From: Octopus bimaculoides
Taxonomy: Eukaryota
Direction of reading: 5' to 3'
DNA: 64,000 bases
NCBI RefSeq assembly: GCF_001194135.2
Contig: NC_068999.1
Span: 12,916,239 to 12,980,238, forward strand
Notes under the pieces: generated by a model
Databases searched by the model: none
What the model was told of the DNA's origin: nothing
What the model saw: the letters and a program-made list of their open reading frames with translations, nothing else
Program-made: the position numbers and the translations under genes
Shown here: one piece after another, positions 11,916-26,474 of the stretch
Numbering within the stretch: position 1 is the first letter of the stretch
How the letters are laid out: each line of letters opens with the position of its first letter

Positions 11916-14419
11916 TTGTTGTTGTTGTTGTTGTTATTAAATATATTTTCAAGGTCATTTTACGTAAAGGTGGTAAACCGATCACTAAGTGGCAAAAATC
12001 TGTTAAATACTAATCACCGACATAGTTGAATTCCCGAGAAGAGCTTTATGTTTTCGTCTTTATAGAATTAGTCGATTTGAAATAAAAATAAACATGGAAT
12101 ACAATAGTCTTCTATTAGTAACCTATCTCATTATACAATGATTCAAAGCCCACTTCTATGTCAGCATGGTATTTGATTACTCATGGAAGCAATCGATCAC
12201 ATTGAACTGTGTTGCCTCAGCGCATTAGAGTCGACTAATACTTATTCTTTGATTAATTACTATAGATTGGGTAATGTGCAAAATGCAAAAATCGGAAGCT
12301 AATTTTTAAATATTGTGTAGTTGTGTTTTGCGAAATTTGGATTGTGTAAACACGACAAAAAATTTAGCCGCATGAACATATAGAATTCACCATTAACTCT
12401 AAAAATATTTTTAAAAGAATAGAATTTTAAAAATAATGATAGTTCAGTCTGTATACTACATACAACTGCGCTCGAACTAAAGTGAAGAAGCATCAATCAA
12501 CTTATATACAAACATATCACTCCAGTTCTTGCATTCGTAATAGTAATGATGCCCTATTATAAAATTGCCTCCAGTATATGTTCACGTGAAAATGTAGAAC
12601 TCCTAACTCAAATCATTTGCAGAGTCTGTGGTAGTTAGAATTTTCACCATACCGTTTCAATATGATAACAAGACAAGCTTATTGCTCATCTCCTTCAAAC
12701 AAATCCATTCTAGTGTGAGCTAAAAAAAAATGTCATACACTGACGTACACTTTTCAAAGCATCTACCACATAGCTGCTATATTTTCATATACGACATGTG
12801 TAGCGGAGATTAATCTGATCTGATATAGCTAAATTATTCATCAACGAATGGTTAAATCGCTATGATAGCAAATTTTAAATAGAAAAATTAAAACGAGATA
12901 TATATGACCATAGCACAGGGAACACTGACTACTGTAAAAACATCGCATTAGGTTCGTATATTGAAAGAGAAAATGCAAAAATATCTAACATTTCAATATA
13001 AGGGAAGTAAAATCTCACTCGGTTAATAGAAATATAGGTTCCTCAGAAAAGCTGGAGATACTATGTTCCCCCATTTCACAGTTCAACTGAAGTTTCCAGT
13101 GTAATTAAGTCCTCAATCAAGTATTGAATACAGGAATATAGGTTGTATTTATGTAGCAAGTAAAAGTTTTATATGTCATTTATTAAGTGAAGATCTCGCT
13201 GTATCTTACGCCAATACATGTCTTTGTATATCTTTCACATTTTTTTTTTAATTGCACGAGTTTCTCTTCTAATTCTCACATCACATATTTTCTAATTTCA
13301 CCTTTGTATATTTTCCAGGTATATTTTCCCATGAGTAATAATATTTCCTCTACCTTTACTCCCATCTGCCACTAATCTACTATTCTCAATCTCACTGTCT
13401 GACACTGCTTATCACTTATCATTCCTCATGTCTTGTGTATTTTTCTATTCATTTTACAATGTTTTCCAACGTACAAAACATAGATTACTCTAGTCTAGCT
13501 CGCGTTACCTTCTGATATTCTATTTAACTCGAGAAAACATTGTGACCTAAAAACTTTCAAAGGTGAATTGCATTTAGTTCCTGTAATATTCTACTTTGGC
13601 TTTTATTGCTCTTGTCATATTGAAACAATTATCATTTTATATACGCGTATTCATTCTCTATTATTCGACAGAAGGCTTATGTTTTAAAATCAAATTACTA
13701 GGTGAGTAATATCGTTTAAAATGTTATAATTGTTAACACAAAAGCAAAAAGATAATTTGAATTTAAATAAGAGTTTATAATTTTATTTTTTTCATAATTC
13801 AAAGGTATTTCTCATTAACCCATTTTCCATTAAATATTAATTATATTACAATTCACGTTATGCAGGCCAATATTCGAATAGTATGAACATTCATGACAGC
13901 AAATATAATTATCTTTAACGTTAAACCACGCTTATTATCGTATGACAATTTCTTTTGTTTTACTTACATACACCTATATATTTAACTGCGTTATATTTAT
14001 AGATTTAATTTAGAATATATTCCGGTTCCTTACCTTCTGTTTTTCTCTTACTTTCTGGAATTTCTAAAAGCACAAGCAACACCATGAACTCGACAGGTTT
14101 CCTTATTCGATTCTTCAATATAGAATTTTCATTGATTCACGTATATTAATTATACACGCAATAAATAATATAACTACTGACTGACCAAATGAGAAACAAA
14201 TCCATACTTTACGACCACACATTCAACCTGTATTATTACGTCATAATATTACACTCTCGTTGTTACATGTGTTTTCCCCTCTTGTTTATATTTTTAGTCA
14301 TCCAATTAGTCCTGAATTCTTGATTTCTGCTGCTACTAACCGACTTTCAGTCTCCTTCTTCAGCATCCACATATGTGGCCATAACTATGTCTCACTAATA
14401 CTATTTGCTGAAATCATCA

Positions 14420-14880
14420 TTGGGAATCGGTGACGACACCTGTTCACCGTTTACGTAGAATATATCGCTGTGCCGCAGCTTCGGATCATGTCTGTGTGTA
14501 GAGAGTGTTGGCAGCAGAAGGACCGCATCACTAATGAAACCTGACACCTCCACAGGATTTTAAAGAAGCAGCGTTCAAAATTGGCGTGGCACGATCGGGG
14601 ACAAGTTATGACGGTCAAGCGATAGTAGAGGACGAACGCGATGTAGGCATTCGTCACCTCCACTTGACCTTTCAGTGATAGCTTACTCCCAGCATATTTC
14701 TGCGTGAAACTGGCTACCCTGCTCGTCACCTCATCCCAATTCATATCAACCTGGAGGTTTCATTCGTACCCGAAGTTACTTAACTGGTCACTCAGTCCAG
14801 GGCACCACGTACTGCCAAAATACTGCCTGAATTTACCTGGAATTATACTTAAGGGCATATAGCTTCACAGATGTACGAAC
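14420..14880 (-). mobile_element. L1/Tx1-like LINE reverse-transcriptase C-terminal fragment
   Basis: ORF 14451-14744: NWDEVTSRVASFTQKYAGSKLSLKGQVEVTNAYIAFVLYYRLTVITCP...FFKILWRCQVSLVMRSFCCQH, resembling the W..R.LSL.GR..V...I.....Y post-RT region of L1/Tx1 elements. Confidence 0.75.
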
Positions 14881-15134
14881 TAATGTCCATACGCTACGGA
14901 CGTAGTTCAGCTGTGAATGTCTTTATTTGTCTATGCTCTGTTTTACTTTTTATTCTTCTATCTACTATTTTATTCCTTATAAATGGTGAATTTCTGTCTA
15001 GAACGTTCATATACACTTTGCTATCCTTTTTCTTCTCATATATATATATATATATATATACATTTTCTATCTTCCATTCTCTATTTTCTATGTTTTCTAT
15101 TTTCTATTTTCTATTTTCTCTCCCTGTTTATTTG

Positions 15135-15258
15135 TGCGTTCCTTTCTGTTGAAGAGCGTAGGCTCGACACCTAAACTACTTTCTCGCTACCCGAGCGTTA
15201 AACTAATACACATGTTTGTTGTTTACAAACTCGTCTTCGTCATTCGTGTTTTTTTTTA
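15135..15258 (+). repeat. Dispersed repeat with GAGC-GTAG-GCTC hairpin (hammerhead-like), copy 1
   Basis: cctttctgttgaagagcgtaggctcgacacctaaactacttttctcgctacccgagcgttaaactaatac aligns with 36178-36250. Confidence 0.7.
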
Positions 15259-18200
15259 TNNNNNNNNNNNNNNNNNNNNNNNNNNNNNNNNNNNNNNNNN
15301 NNNNNNNNNNNNNNNNNNNNNNNNNNNNNNNNNNNNNNNNNNNNNNNNNNNNNNNNNNNNNNNNNNNNNNNNNNNNNNNNNNNNNNNNNNNNNNNNNNNN
15401 NNNNNNNNNNNNNNNNNNNNNNNNNNNNNNNNNNNNNNNNNNNNNNNNNNNNNNNNNNNNNNNNNNNNNNNNNNNNNNNNNNNNNNNNNNNNNNNNNNNN
15501 NNNNNNNNNNNNNNNNNNNNNNNNNNNNNNNNNNNNNNNNNNNNNNNNNNNNNNNNNNNNNNNNNNNNNNNNNNNNNNNNNNNNNNNNNNNNNNNNNNNN
15601 NNNNNNNNNNNNNNNNNNNNNNNNNNNNNNNNNNNNNNNNNNNNNNNNNNNNNNNNNNTATATATATCAATTGACGCATTTCAGTTAGGAGGTGTCGATA
15701 CGTAAGCCTATACATGTTAAGTATTTGAGATTAATTTGTTTTCAAATGAAATGCGATATAAATCTTTGTATATTGAAATAAATTCCACTATGAGACAATA
15801 GCCAGTTCGTTTCATATAAGTTTCGAGTTAATACCTATGTACTATAAACCACATTTCTTCAACGCTGCACTTGAATTTTTTTTAATGTTCGTGAATTTTA
15901 CATAACATAAATTAACCTGTCAAATGGATCAGATCTGAAGGAAACAGATGTCAGTAATGAAATACATCACTGCAATTGAGTAACATTTTTTATTCATTCA
16001 GTAAACAGTCAGAAGTTCTGAGACATCCAAATACACACAAATTAAATCAACTAAGCCCACATGTTATGCACATTTTCAAATACATGTATATAACACTGCA
16101 AACACACTTATACATTAACTAATGCACGCATCATTCCTCTCACGTTTGTATATGCACGCTCTCATCAATTTAAAATATTTTATTCATGTAATTATGGTTT
16201 TGGTTTCATTTATTCGTGTTACATAAAATCAAAGTAAAAATTAATGGAAGCAATGATTTGAACTGATTTTAAAATTAATAGCTAGATTTGATTTGACTGT
16301 CATTGCTATTTTTCCGTTGAGACGGATCAAACAGCAACCCAAATAAATTCAGAAATTTAATTTAAAAATACAAATGAAGGAAAATGGCATGGAAAATAGG
16401 GTAAAAATGCGCACAATTTTGCGAAATAAAAAAGAGCAATGGAAATGTGAACAGGTTAATTTTCAAAAGTAAAATAATAGTGATAAAATAATAATATGTG
16501 TTATGGAAACATGCTCAATGCCTCAAAATGTCCTCTATTTCTTTTTCGGAAACTGGTCTGAAAATAATATTCAATAATTTGACATAAAAAAAGTGTCATT
16601 AGGTCCAAACTTGCGTACATTATTCGATGTTATGATTTTTTAATGATAATATTAGGTTGTTAGCTGAGCAGTGCATATCATATTGTGGTTGTTTGTAGAT
16701 TTGAATATGGACCGAGAATTACATTCCGAAAATAGAGATTTATTCAAGTAATTACTAGAGTATAAAACAGATTAAAGAGGCATGGAAGTGAACCTATGCA
16801 TGCATTCATTCTATTAATATTTGTTATCCACTTATGGTCGTCGTAGTTCGTGTTATAGTCGCCCATACAGAAATGCACACGTGTAATTTTACATCCCACG
16901 CGCCTACATGCACGGTCTTAATATAGAAGATATATCCTCTATATCTATTGAGCACTTATTTCTCATTTTTAATTCATTCCACACAAACGCATCACACGCA
17001 CATATGCGCACATACATACACACACGTACACATAGACACGCATACACACGCACACACACACAGTTAAATTGATGGATTGCGAACAAATGTCCGACGCAAC
17101 ACTATTACTGGAAAATATATTTTTTAAGAATAACTTAATTCAAGAACTTTTAATTTAAAGGTGGTATCTGTGAGAATATACCTAAATGCTTTGACTTGCA
17201 GTTCTCTATTGCATCATATTGCCATTTGTGTTTCTAGAAGTAATATAGCTGCTTTCCACTTTTACTTGTACAAACAAATTTTGCAACATCCCTCGATATA
17301 ATTAAACACTACAAATGGCCACCATCTCATCAAAATTTTAATGATTGAAAAATCATCATTATGATGACTGATATGACAAAACTATTTGTACGCAGATGAA
17401 TGCTAAATTTATTTTTAGCTGTTGAAAAGGTGATCAATCCTATATAAAATACTTGCTCTCTTATACCAATATATTATTCTCCATCAAATTCTTCACATTT
17501 CAAAATGAAAAAAAACAAAAAAAACAATTCGCCCCAATTTCATAAGTGATGTTGCTATTATAGTTCACCCCTGATCCTTTTATTTCGTTTTCAGTGTTAT
17601 TCACAATATTTATGATCTCTTTCTTGCCGTGTGCCAAAATTTGAAATCAATATTTTTGATCTCTTTACTTTGACTATAATTATGGCTATTATTTCGTAAA
17701 TATTTTACAGTTCCCTATTTTATCAACATTCAGAAATTCATTGGCTTTACCAACTGTCAATTGCAACAATATTGGTTAAAATAATTTTGGTTCTCTTTTC
17801 ACTTTTGCGTTCAAAATCAATTATTTAGCTATTTCGTATTTAAAGAGAAATTTAATTGTTTCCATATTTTGAACGATTTATTTTTCTTTCGTTCCTGAAT
17901 AACCAGAATTCATCGAAATTTCATTTCAATTTTTACTCAATATTCTACTAGAGACATTTTCTACTGCATTTTCTTAAGCGTTTACGTTATTCAGAGAGTT
18001 TACACGCATTCCCTAAATGTTTGTAACATTACAAAACTGTTTTGGCACATGAAAGTTCTAATTCAAATATATCATCGTTAAAAAAGCATTCTTAGTTTTG
18101 TTTATTCTTTAAGCTATGATAATCAGTTACGTATTTAATTAGCCGTCAGCTTTGATTGAATTGTTGCCATAAGTGATAAATAATCGCATCCGATATCTAC

Positions 18201-19833
18201 CTCGCTATATAATCTATCATTGAGCAATTGAAGTTTTACGCTGCCGATTTATCGAAATATGATTATTTAATGACATTTCATATGTGGGAATATGCAAGAA
18301 GGAATATGGTTTACTTTAAAAGTGTAGCTAGGTACATTATTTGTATGAAGCAAATATTGAGCAAAGATTGCCCATTAACTGGGAAAATCCTATATAGTAA
18401 ATATTTACCAAAGCTCAAGGAATATAAGAGCGCATAAAATATAATGAATAACACAAAAAGCGACAAAAGCTAACGAGTGAAGTTAAGCATTTTTTGTTCA
18501 ACATTATGATGAAAAACTATCAAAGAGCGGCAATGACTTACTGAACAGTAGACACGAAATGTATATAGCAAGTTTGAATGGTTGTCGACTTCAGTCAGGG
18601 AATGTAACGAAGAAACGAAAGGTATAAACCGGCAAATGGAAGGCTTTTGAATGGGTTAAAAATCATATGATTATACGATATATACAGGCATTTGCATGTG
18701 TAGTGAGAAATGTTTTTTACATACATATGAGACATATAGATATGGCATGAAATCGATTTATAATTGGTCTGTGTATTGACAAGTGGGCTTTCAGTTCAAA
18801 TGCGAGGTTCTACTGTTACAATGTTTTATTAGAAAATAACTGGTCGGAACCATGATGAAAGTGCCATATGTAAATGAAATAAAAAAATGCATTGCCAATG
18901 TTTAAATAATGAACGATAGTTGAACCGATGACAGATTAATATGTTTTGGAAGGATACACGTCAAAGAACGAGATTACTTAATGTTTAAAGAGAATATGTG
19001 GCTTAGTGGGTTGTGTTTGTGCGAACGGTTACTGAAATAATAGTATCAGTAACAATAAGGGAAATTTATTTACATAAGACAAGGTATTTTATCAAATGTT
19101 TTGAAGCATATGATGACATTGAAACAATCGCCACATGACGCCATTGCATTTCATAGAAATACACTAATTAAAGGAAAATACTGTTATTGCAGTTATACCT
19201 AAAGAAATCTTATTTATTCCGAAGAATAATGTATTTACGACACTGTAAACCAATAAATATTTTTTTCCTAAGGAGGTATTTCGCAAATGAATAGCAATTG
19301 AGTATTTTCTTTGACATCGATTTGATATGTATAGCTGCACATTTGTGCGTTACGAAAGTTGAGCTAAATAAATTTGGACTACAACATGTTAATGAATCAA
19401 TTTATTAATATGAGCGAAATTGTTTATTTCACGTTGGTATCACGTCGACAAACGTTTGCTGCAATGTTATTGAAGCCAGAAAGAGAAAAAAAGGAGGAAA
19501 ATATTCTGTACACATTCCTTGTCAACAAATTTAGTTTGTGTTAGCGTACATATTTGTGTGATTCTATATTCGTTGTTAATGATTTCGGATATATTGAAAA
19601 CATGACAGCATGAAATATTATTGAAAACAAAACTTATATGAAATACAACCATCTCATATTTTGTAGTGCTCTATCTCTTTGATACGTTTTTGAAGTTTTA
19701 ACCAACCTGTTACGTACGAAGATTTATCTGTCGAATATATATATATATACACGCACAGACAGACGCACAATCACACACACACATACACACACACACTCAC
19801 ACACACACACATACACACACACACACATACACG

Positions 19834-19871
<38 letters not shown>

Positions 19872-20042
19872 NNNNNNNNNNNNNNNNNNNNNNNNNNNNN
19901 NNNNNNNNNNNNNNNNNNNNNNNNNNNNNNNNNNNNNNNNNNNNNNNNNNNNNNNNNNNNNNNNNNNNNNNNNNNNNNNNNNNNNNNNNNNNNNNNNNNN
20001 NNATATATATATGCATATATGCATGTATATATGTGTGTAATA

Positions 20043-20485
20043 ATTGAACCAAGATACTAGAAATGTGAATGAAATTCTGAAATAAATCAGATCAAAAAAC
20101 ATCATAGAAAAAAATAATTTGATCAAGGCACCAAGTATTATTGTAGCAGAAAATGTCGCTGTTGATTTCAAGAAAAAGAAATATAATGCGAGTGACACAA
20201 GAAGGATACATGTGGAAAAGAAAAATACAGGCGGCGTTAAATATGCTCTCGAAGGACAATCCCGTGTTAGACAGAAAAGAGAAAGTTTGTGCTTAATAGC
20301 GAATAAAAATACAGGGCATTGAACAGGAAGTATGATATTGAAAGAAAGGGTTTGAAAATGGCAATGGTGGAACTGAAACTGTGTCCCGTTGCAAAGAAAG
20401 CAAAGAGGGCAAGATTCGACCAAAGAATGAATGGAAAGCAGCAGGGTAGGTTATTCAGAGTAGATCAGAAATTATTCTACTAAGA
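20043..20485 (+). mobile_element. R4/Dong-like element fragment (same region as the 11085-11480 copy, opposite strand)
   Basis: aatgtgaatgaaattctgaaata and agaaaaatacaggcggcgttaaatatgctctc match the minus strand of 11250-11450. Translation includes GLKMAMVELKLCPVAKKAKRARFDQR..QGRLFRVDQKLFY. Confidence 0.75.
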
Positions 20486-20510
20486 AAATTAATAGAGAGT
20501 GTACATTAAT

Positions 20511-21575
20511 TAATGGAGATACGTAGATGACTTTTTTTATCATTTGGAAGGATACCATTGATAAAGTTGTGGTATTCAAATCAACACTAAATAATATAAT
20601 CAGTACCATTCAATTCTCAATGGAATATAGCAAAGAACAACTTCCATTTTTGCATATTATGATAAAAAAGTCAACAAATTATACTGATATTTACCATGAA
20701 CCAAGGGACTCGAAACAATATCAGCTTTTTAGCACTTTGCACCCGCAACACATCAACATCGATATCCCCTTTAATTTGACAAAAAGGATTTGCACAATAG
20801 TGTCTAATAGAACAACTAGAGACCTTCGTCTTGAAGACCTCAGAACAACACTAACTGAAAGACAATATTCACCCTTACTTTTAGACGATGGAATTAAGCG
20901 TGTCAAGAAATTACATAGAAAAAAAAACACTAAAGAAAACAAAACATAAGACGACACCTCACCTCAATAAACTACTGTATATATCAACTCACAACCCTAG
21001 AAACAATGAGACATGTAACAGTATTGTGTAAAATCTCCCTTTACTAAATAGAGACCCAGCAATGAACAACATCCTGAAAGCACATGAATTCATCAAATGC
21101 AAAATACAAAAGAAATCACTAAAGTAACTTCTAACTAATGCGACACTTTACAAAAGAACCACGAAATCAACGGTAAGAAAACGTGGACATCGAAACTGTG
21201 CAACATGCCCCAATCTTTCTGAAGGCTGGGATTTCCTTTTCAAACAAGGAGAGAGATTCACAATTAAAACAAAACCAACTTCACTTGTGCCTCTGAGAAC
21301 GTAATTACTGTAATAACTTGCTTGGGTTCTAGATATTGCTACCTTGGACAGACGAGTATGACGTTGAGATGGCGAACTACTCCTCTAAATAAAGAGCAGA
21401 TCCGATTCCAGCAATACAGACTGATTCCACTCACTGAACACATAGAGATATGTGCAGGTAACATCAAACAAAATTTCACAGAAGTCCCCTTCTACTAGTG
21501 CAAAGATAACATTTTTCTACAAGAACGCTAAAATAAAGAAATGTTATTCATCAAGAAATACAGAACACATTGAAA
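20511..21575 (+). mobile_element. Penelope-like element (RT C-terminus plus GIY-YIG endonuclease), decayed
   Basis: WRYVDD at 20514-20531, then IQFSMEYSKEQLPFLHI..TDIYHEPRDSKQY..IPFNLTKRICTIVS; endonuclease region NFTCASENV/VITCLGSRYCYLGQTSMTLRWR and IPLTEHIEICA..EMLFIKKY. Confidence 0.85.
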
Positions 21576-21712
21576 TGTACATGACATAGCCAACTGTGAT
21601 CTTTAATACATATTTAAATTCACAATTACTTACCCATCACTGTATATTTTTCTCCACAATACTCTAGTTTTTGAGTTTTTGTCTATACACACACGCACAC
21701 GAAACCACACCC

Positions 21713-21749
<37 letters not shown>

Positions 21750-24357
21750 NNNNNNNNNNNNNNNNNNNNNNNNNNNNNNNNNNNNNNNNNNNNNNNNNNN
21801 NNNNNNNNNNNNNNNNNNNNNNNNNNNNNNNNNNNNNNNNNNNNNNNNNNNNNNNNNNNNNNNNNNNNNNNNNNNNNNNNNNNNNNNNNNNNNNNNNNNN
21901 NNNNNNNNNNNNNNNNNNNNNNNNNNNNNNNNNNNNNNNNNNNNNNNNNNNNNNNNNNNNNNNNNNNNNNNNNNNNNNNNNNNNNNNNNNNNNNNNNNNN
22001 NNNNNNNNNNNNNNNNNNNNNNNNNNNNNNNNNNNNNNNNNNNNNNNNNNNNNNNNNNNNNNNNNNNNNNNNNNNNNNNNNNNNNNNNNNNNNNNNNNNN
22101 NNNNNNNNNNNNNNNNNNNNNNNNNNNNNNNNNNNNNNNNNNNNNNNNNNNNNNNNNNNNNNNNNNNNNNNNNNNNNNNNNNNNNNNNNNNNNNNNNNNN
22201 NNNNNNNNNNNNNNNNNNNNNNNNNNNNNNNNNNNNNNNNNNNNNNNNNNNNNNNNNNNNNNNNNNNNNNNNNNNNNNNNNNNNNNNNNNNNNNNNNNNN
22301 NNNNNNNNNNNNNNNNNNNNNNNNNNNNNNNNNNNNNNNNNNNNNNNNNNNNNNNNNNNNNNNNNNNNNNNNNNNNNNNNNNNNNNNNNNNNNNNNNNNN
22401 NNNNNNNNNNNNNNNNNNNNNNNNNNNNNNNNNNNNNNNNNNNNNNNNNNNNNNNNNNNNNNNNNNNNNNNNNNNNNNNNNNNNNNNNNNNNNNNNNNNN
22501 NNNNNNNNNNNNNNNNNNNNNNNNNNNNNNNNNNNNNNNNNNNNNNTATATATATATATATACAGTGGTCATAGGACAAACATCGAATTCGAGTCAATGA
22601 CGTGATATATAACAACATACAACAAACATTTAACCGTATATAAATATAACCATTATATAAAAAGATATACTTATGCATCAAACACAAAAGATAAAAAAGG
22701 TATATTTGAATGAAATACAAATACAACTGCCCATCAAAAAGTTATATAAACGACTAAAAATTCAAAAGTGTGCTATACTACAAAAAAAGGACATACACTA
22801 AGATAAAATATCAAGCGACTAACGATGTTTTATCAAACGTTGAAAAATATTATTAAAAGGAACTCTTTTGTCTCACTCCACACTATGTGCGTCCAAAGTT
22901 CAATTTGTAAATCGATAGTAGGTTAGAGTTCATAGGAAATCAGACTTCCACAAGGTCAATTCAAAAACATCGAGAGCCATTTTGTGAGCTCATCACCGCG
23001 GTTCAATTACACTAAAGTGCATCACGGCACTGACCCACTCGACACGATGGACAAGAAACAGGAAACGCGCATAAAGCAAACTGAAAGTTCATACATTGCC
23101 GCATGGCTTATCTAAAAGTTAAAACCAGTGGACCAGCTCAACATTTCTAACACCCCACCCCGAACCCCAATAATGTTTTTGCTAAACATGCAGATGGTTG
23201 TTGTTAACAGAAATTCAAGCACGCCGGCTTCAAATCCCCGTAAACGTAAACAATTTTATCAGAATCATTTTTATTTCTATGCACTTTCAAAAAGGTAGAC
23301 GAAAACCTATGTTTGCAGGAAGAGATCGCCTCAGTAAATTTAGTGAAGGTTTTTGGTCCAAAAGACTTAAGGATGGCAAGGGATTCCCTTACACATAACG
23401 TACACTTATTCATATTTACTCTGAAGTACGGGGCCCTTGAAATAACGGACCATTCCAGAGAATATTTTTTCTTAACGTGTATATATTAGAGGCAAGTGTA
23501 GTGGAATTAGACTAATTTTCGTTCGAAAACGAATTCATGTGGGTCCTATATTCAGTTTTAAAATTTATCCTACTACCTCTATAAAATGTATCCAAATTAC
23601 CCTCCTATTTAACAACGCANNNNNNNNNNTTGCATAATTTGCCAAAGCGATATCTAAACTTAATGCTACCAAAAACATTATTCGCCTGGCTTCCCACGTT
23701 ATATACTGATATTTATCTGTATAAGGATATTTCTGTTATCATCACAAAACCCATTTGGCTCAAGACAGTGAAAGTAGCTCGAGTTTGAAGATTTTTTTGT
23801 ATTTGCTAAAGATACTCAAATCATGATTATTGCTTTTACGTTTGTAATTGCCTTTACTATATTTTCTTCGTCATCTGAAAGCACCATACGTGGGTCTGCA
23901 TTTAATTCGCCAAATATATCTAAAGAAAGCGTGACACTTTCGGAAATATTGAAAAATGGACATCTGAGCCTGTGAAAAATTGATAATTTTACAAGTTTGA
24001 AATCAACACCTCAGATCTCCCTGGAAACTTATGTCGAACAGCAAACATAACATCAAAAAGTCCGTTTTGGGTGAATATATAAACAGAAAACAAAACGAAA
24101 TATGCGATATTGTTTATAAGTCATATATTTACAAAGTATTAAATTTCATGCATATAAAGTGATTCTTTGATATATGCAAACTACATAAACAGGAATTATT
24201 ATGCAATTGTCAGAAATCTAATCGGGTCAGATTTCATGTGTTACGTTAATGGATACAGAGGGCGATAGAGTTTGCATTCTGTAGTTAATTGGTTCCGTTA
24301 ATGATACGTAAGTTCAAGGGGGTAATAAAAAAAAAAGACACAAAAGAACTCGTAAAC

Positions 24358-24412
<55 letters not shown>

Positions 24413-25939
24413 TATATGTATATATAAATCATACAAGTTACAGGATGGCAAGTATTAATGCAATACGCTCGTTTCAAGCCACTCCATTTAATTGAGCAAT
24501 GCAAACATTACATCAACTTAAAAAGTGTGCCAGCTTGAGTTTGAAAAAGTATGCATTTTCAAGATATGTTAATATGCTTTTATCAAAGCTAGAGAATGAA
24601 AGAATATCATGTTGTCACTATTGCACCAAGAATAAGCTAAGGGAAAAACAATATAGTTTTGGAGTTGCAGAAATGGATCACAGTGGGTGTGATGGGATTG
24701 TAATTCATTTCTAAATTTGTTATTTTACCTTCTTATCACTATCAACAGTTCTAAGGCTAGTAGACAGCGTTTAATGATAATTAAGAGCATTATCAGTTAA
24801 CACTTCAGAACTGGCAGCTGATTATAAATAAATATTATTAGATGTTCTCCCTAATCTTAATTGTTCATGGTGATAAGTACCACTTACCACATAGAGAAAT
24901 AAAACTTTACAAGGAGTCAATTAGATAGTAGTAGATGTCCATGAAATGAGCTAGAGTAGGGGTGACATAAACACTTTTCATTATTTTCAGATTAACGTGA
25001 ACTAGGAAAATATTAGGGACACAGAGAGAAACATGTTTATAATCAGGGTATAGGAAAAACCGTGTTTTAATATATGTTGTATAAAAATAAAATTAAAATG
25101 TACAAACAATTTTAGACATCAACTATTTATCATCTTTTCCGTTTGGAAAGATGATGATAACGTAAAGGACTGAAACTACTAAATGTGTTCACACGTTCTC
25201 TGTACCTTAAATTGATGATCACTTCGACTTGTTGCATAATATGTTGAACCTCTGTCCTCTAACTCACCACTTGCCGAGCATCGGTGTCGCTTTTGAAATA
25301 ATGTTAACTACAGTTATGAATTTTTCTACAACATCCAGATGGTATATTTACTTCTCCTGCCGTATGATACCAGTTTGTTTATTTGCTTTTAATATCCAAT
25401 CTGCGACACACCATTCAAGGATTATCTTTCCAGCTGCATATAACTTTTCAATAGTCGTCCATGTGTGTACGCAACATAAACTTCATTTTTATCCAGACAC
25501 TTACGGACCTCATGTTTATTTCTGCCACCCATTCATTTTCTTTCAAGCTGTTGTTTGACCCCTGTACGACCTTGCTACCAAAACCTATTTGGTTTAGATA
25601 CGTATAATTGTCTCCCTATGGACACATCCGTGGTGTATCTCTCTGCTGGAGTGTTTACTTGAAACGGGGTTTAATCAACAGGGCAGGTAGACATATAGAG
25701 TTTCACCTGGTGTAGTTGTGCACATTCTGCTGCACTTCGGTCAGGACACTCTCCACCATTACTTTCAAAGACAGAAAATCATTTATATTATTTTCTTTCC
25801 TTTCCTCCCCCTCCCTCGGCTTTCTATCTCTTTCCAAGGAACATTTTTCATTTGACCTCTTCACACGTTTTCCTATACAATTGCCTCATGTTAAAGAGCT
25901 GCACATGACAAAATGTTACTTAACCACAAACGATGTGGC

Positions 25940-25973
<34 letters not shown>

Positions 25974-26474
25974 GCTCTTGTTATTGTTGTTTTTGTCGTT
26001 GTTGTTGATGATGATATTGTTATTGGTATTGTCATTAATGTTCACGACGTTTATATTGTTATTGTATTTTTTTTCAATTATATTAATGTTTTAAACACTA
26101 TAATGTTTTGTAATTTCAATTGTGCCACTGAAATTGTTTACGCTTGAAGCACTGTCTGTTTATTTAATTTTCACTTTCTATGTTTTCTTTAATTCTGTTT
26201 TCGGGTTTGAATATAATTGGGAGATGAATGTCATGTTTGTTCATGTTATTTAGCCATCACGATCACCACTGTGGTACTCCAGAAGCTGTTTCTATCCACC
26301 GCAAATCAATACATCTCCCTACTACGCTAAAGTATATGACATTTTAGAAAACAAATATCTGCACGAAACTGTGTTTCCCCGCTCTACATTAACAGGGACA
26401 CTTAAATGCCTTTAAAATTGTTGTTGATAAAAGGAAGGAAAATATAATTTATTCGTCAAACAATCCTGAAATAT

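Noticed and set aside
23211-23294. 84-nt symmetric candidate exon (NSSTPASNPRKRKQFYQ...)
   Set aside because: Weak donor (gtagac) and no homology; compatible with chance.
25230-25720. Possible RTE-like RT tail on the minus strand
   Set aside because: By-eye similarity is too weak to call.
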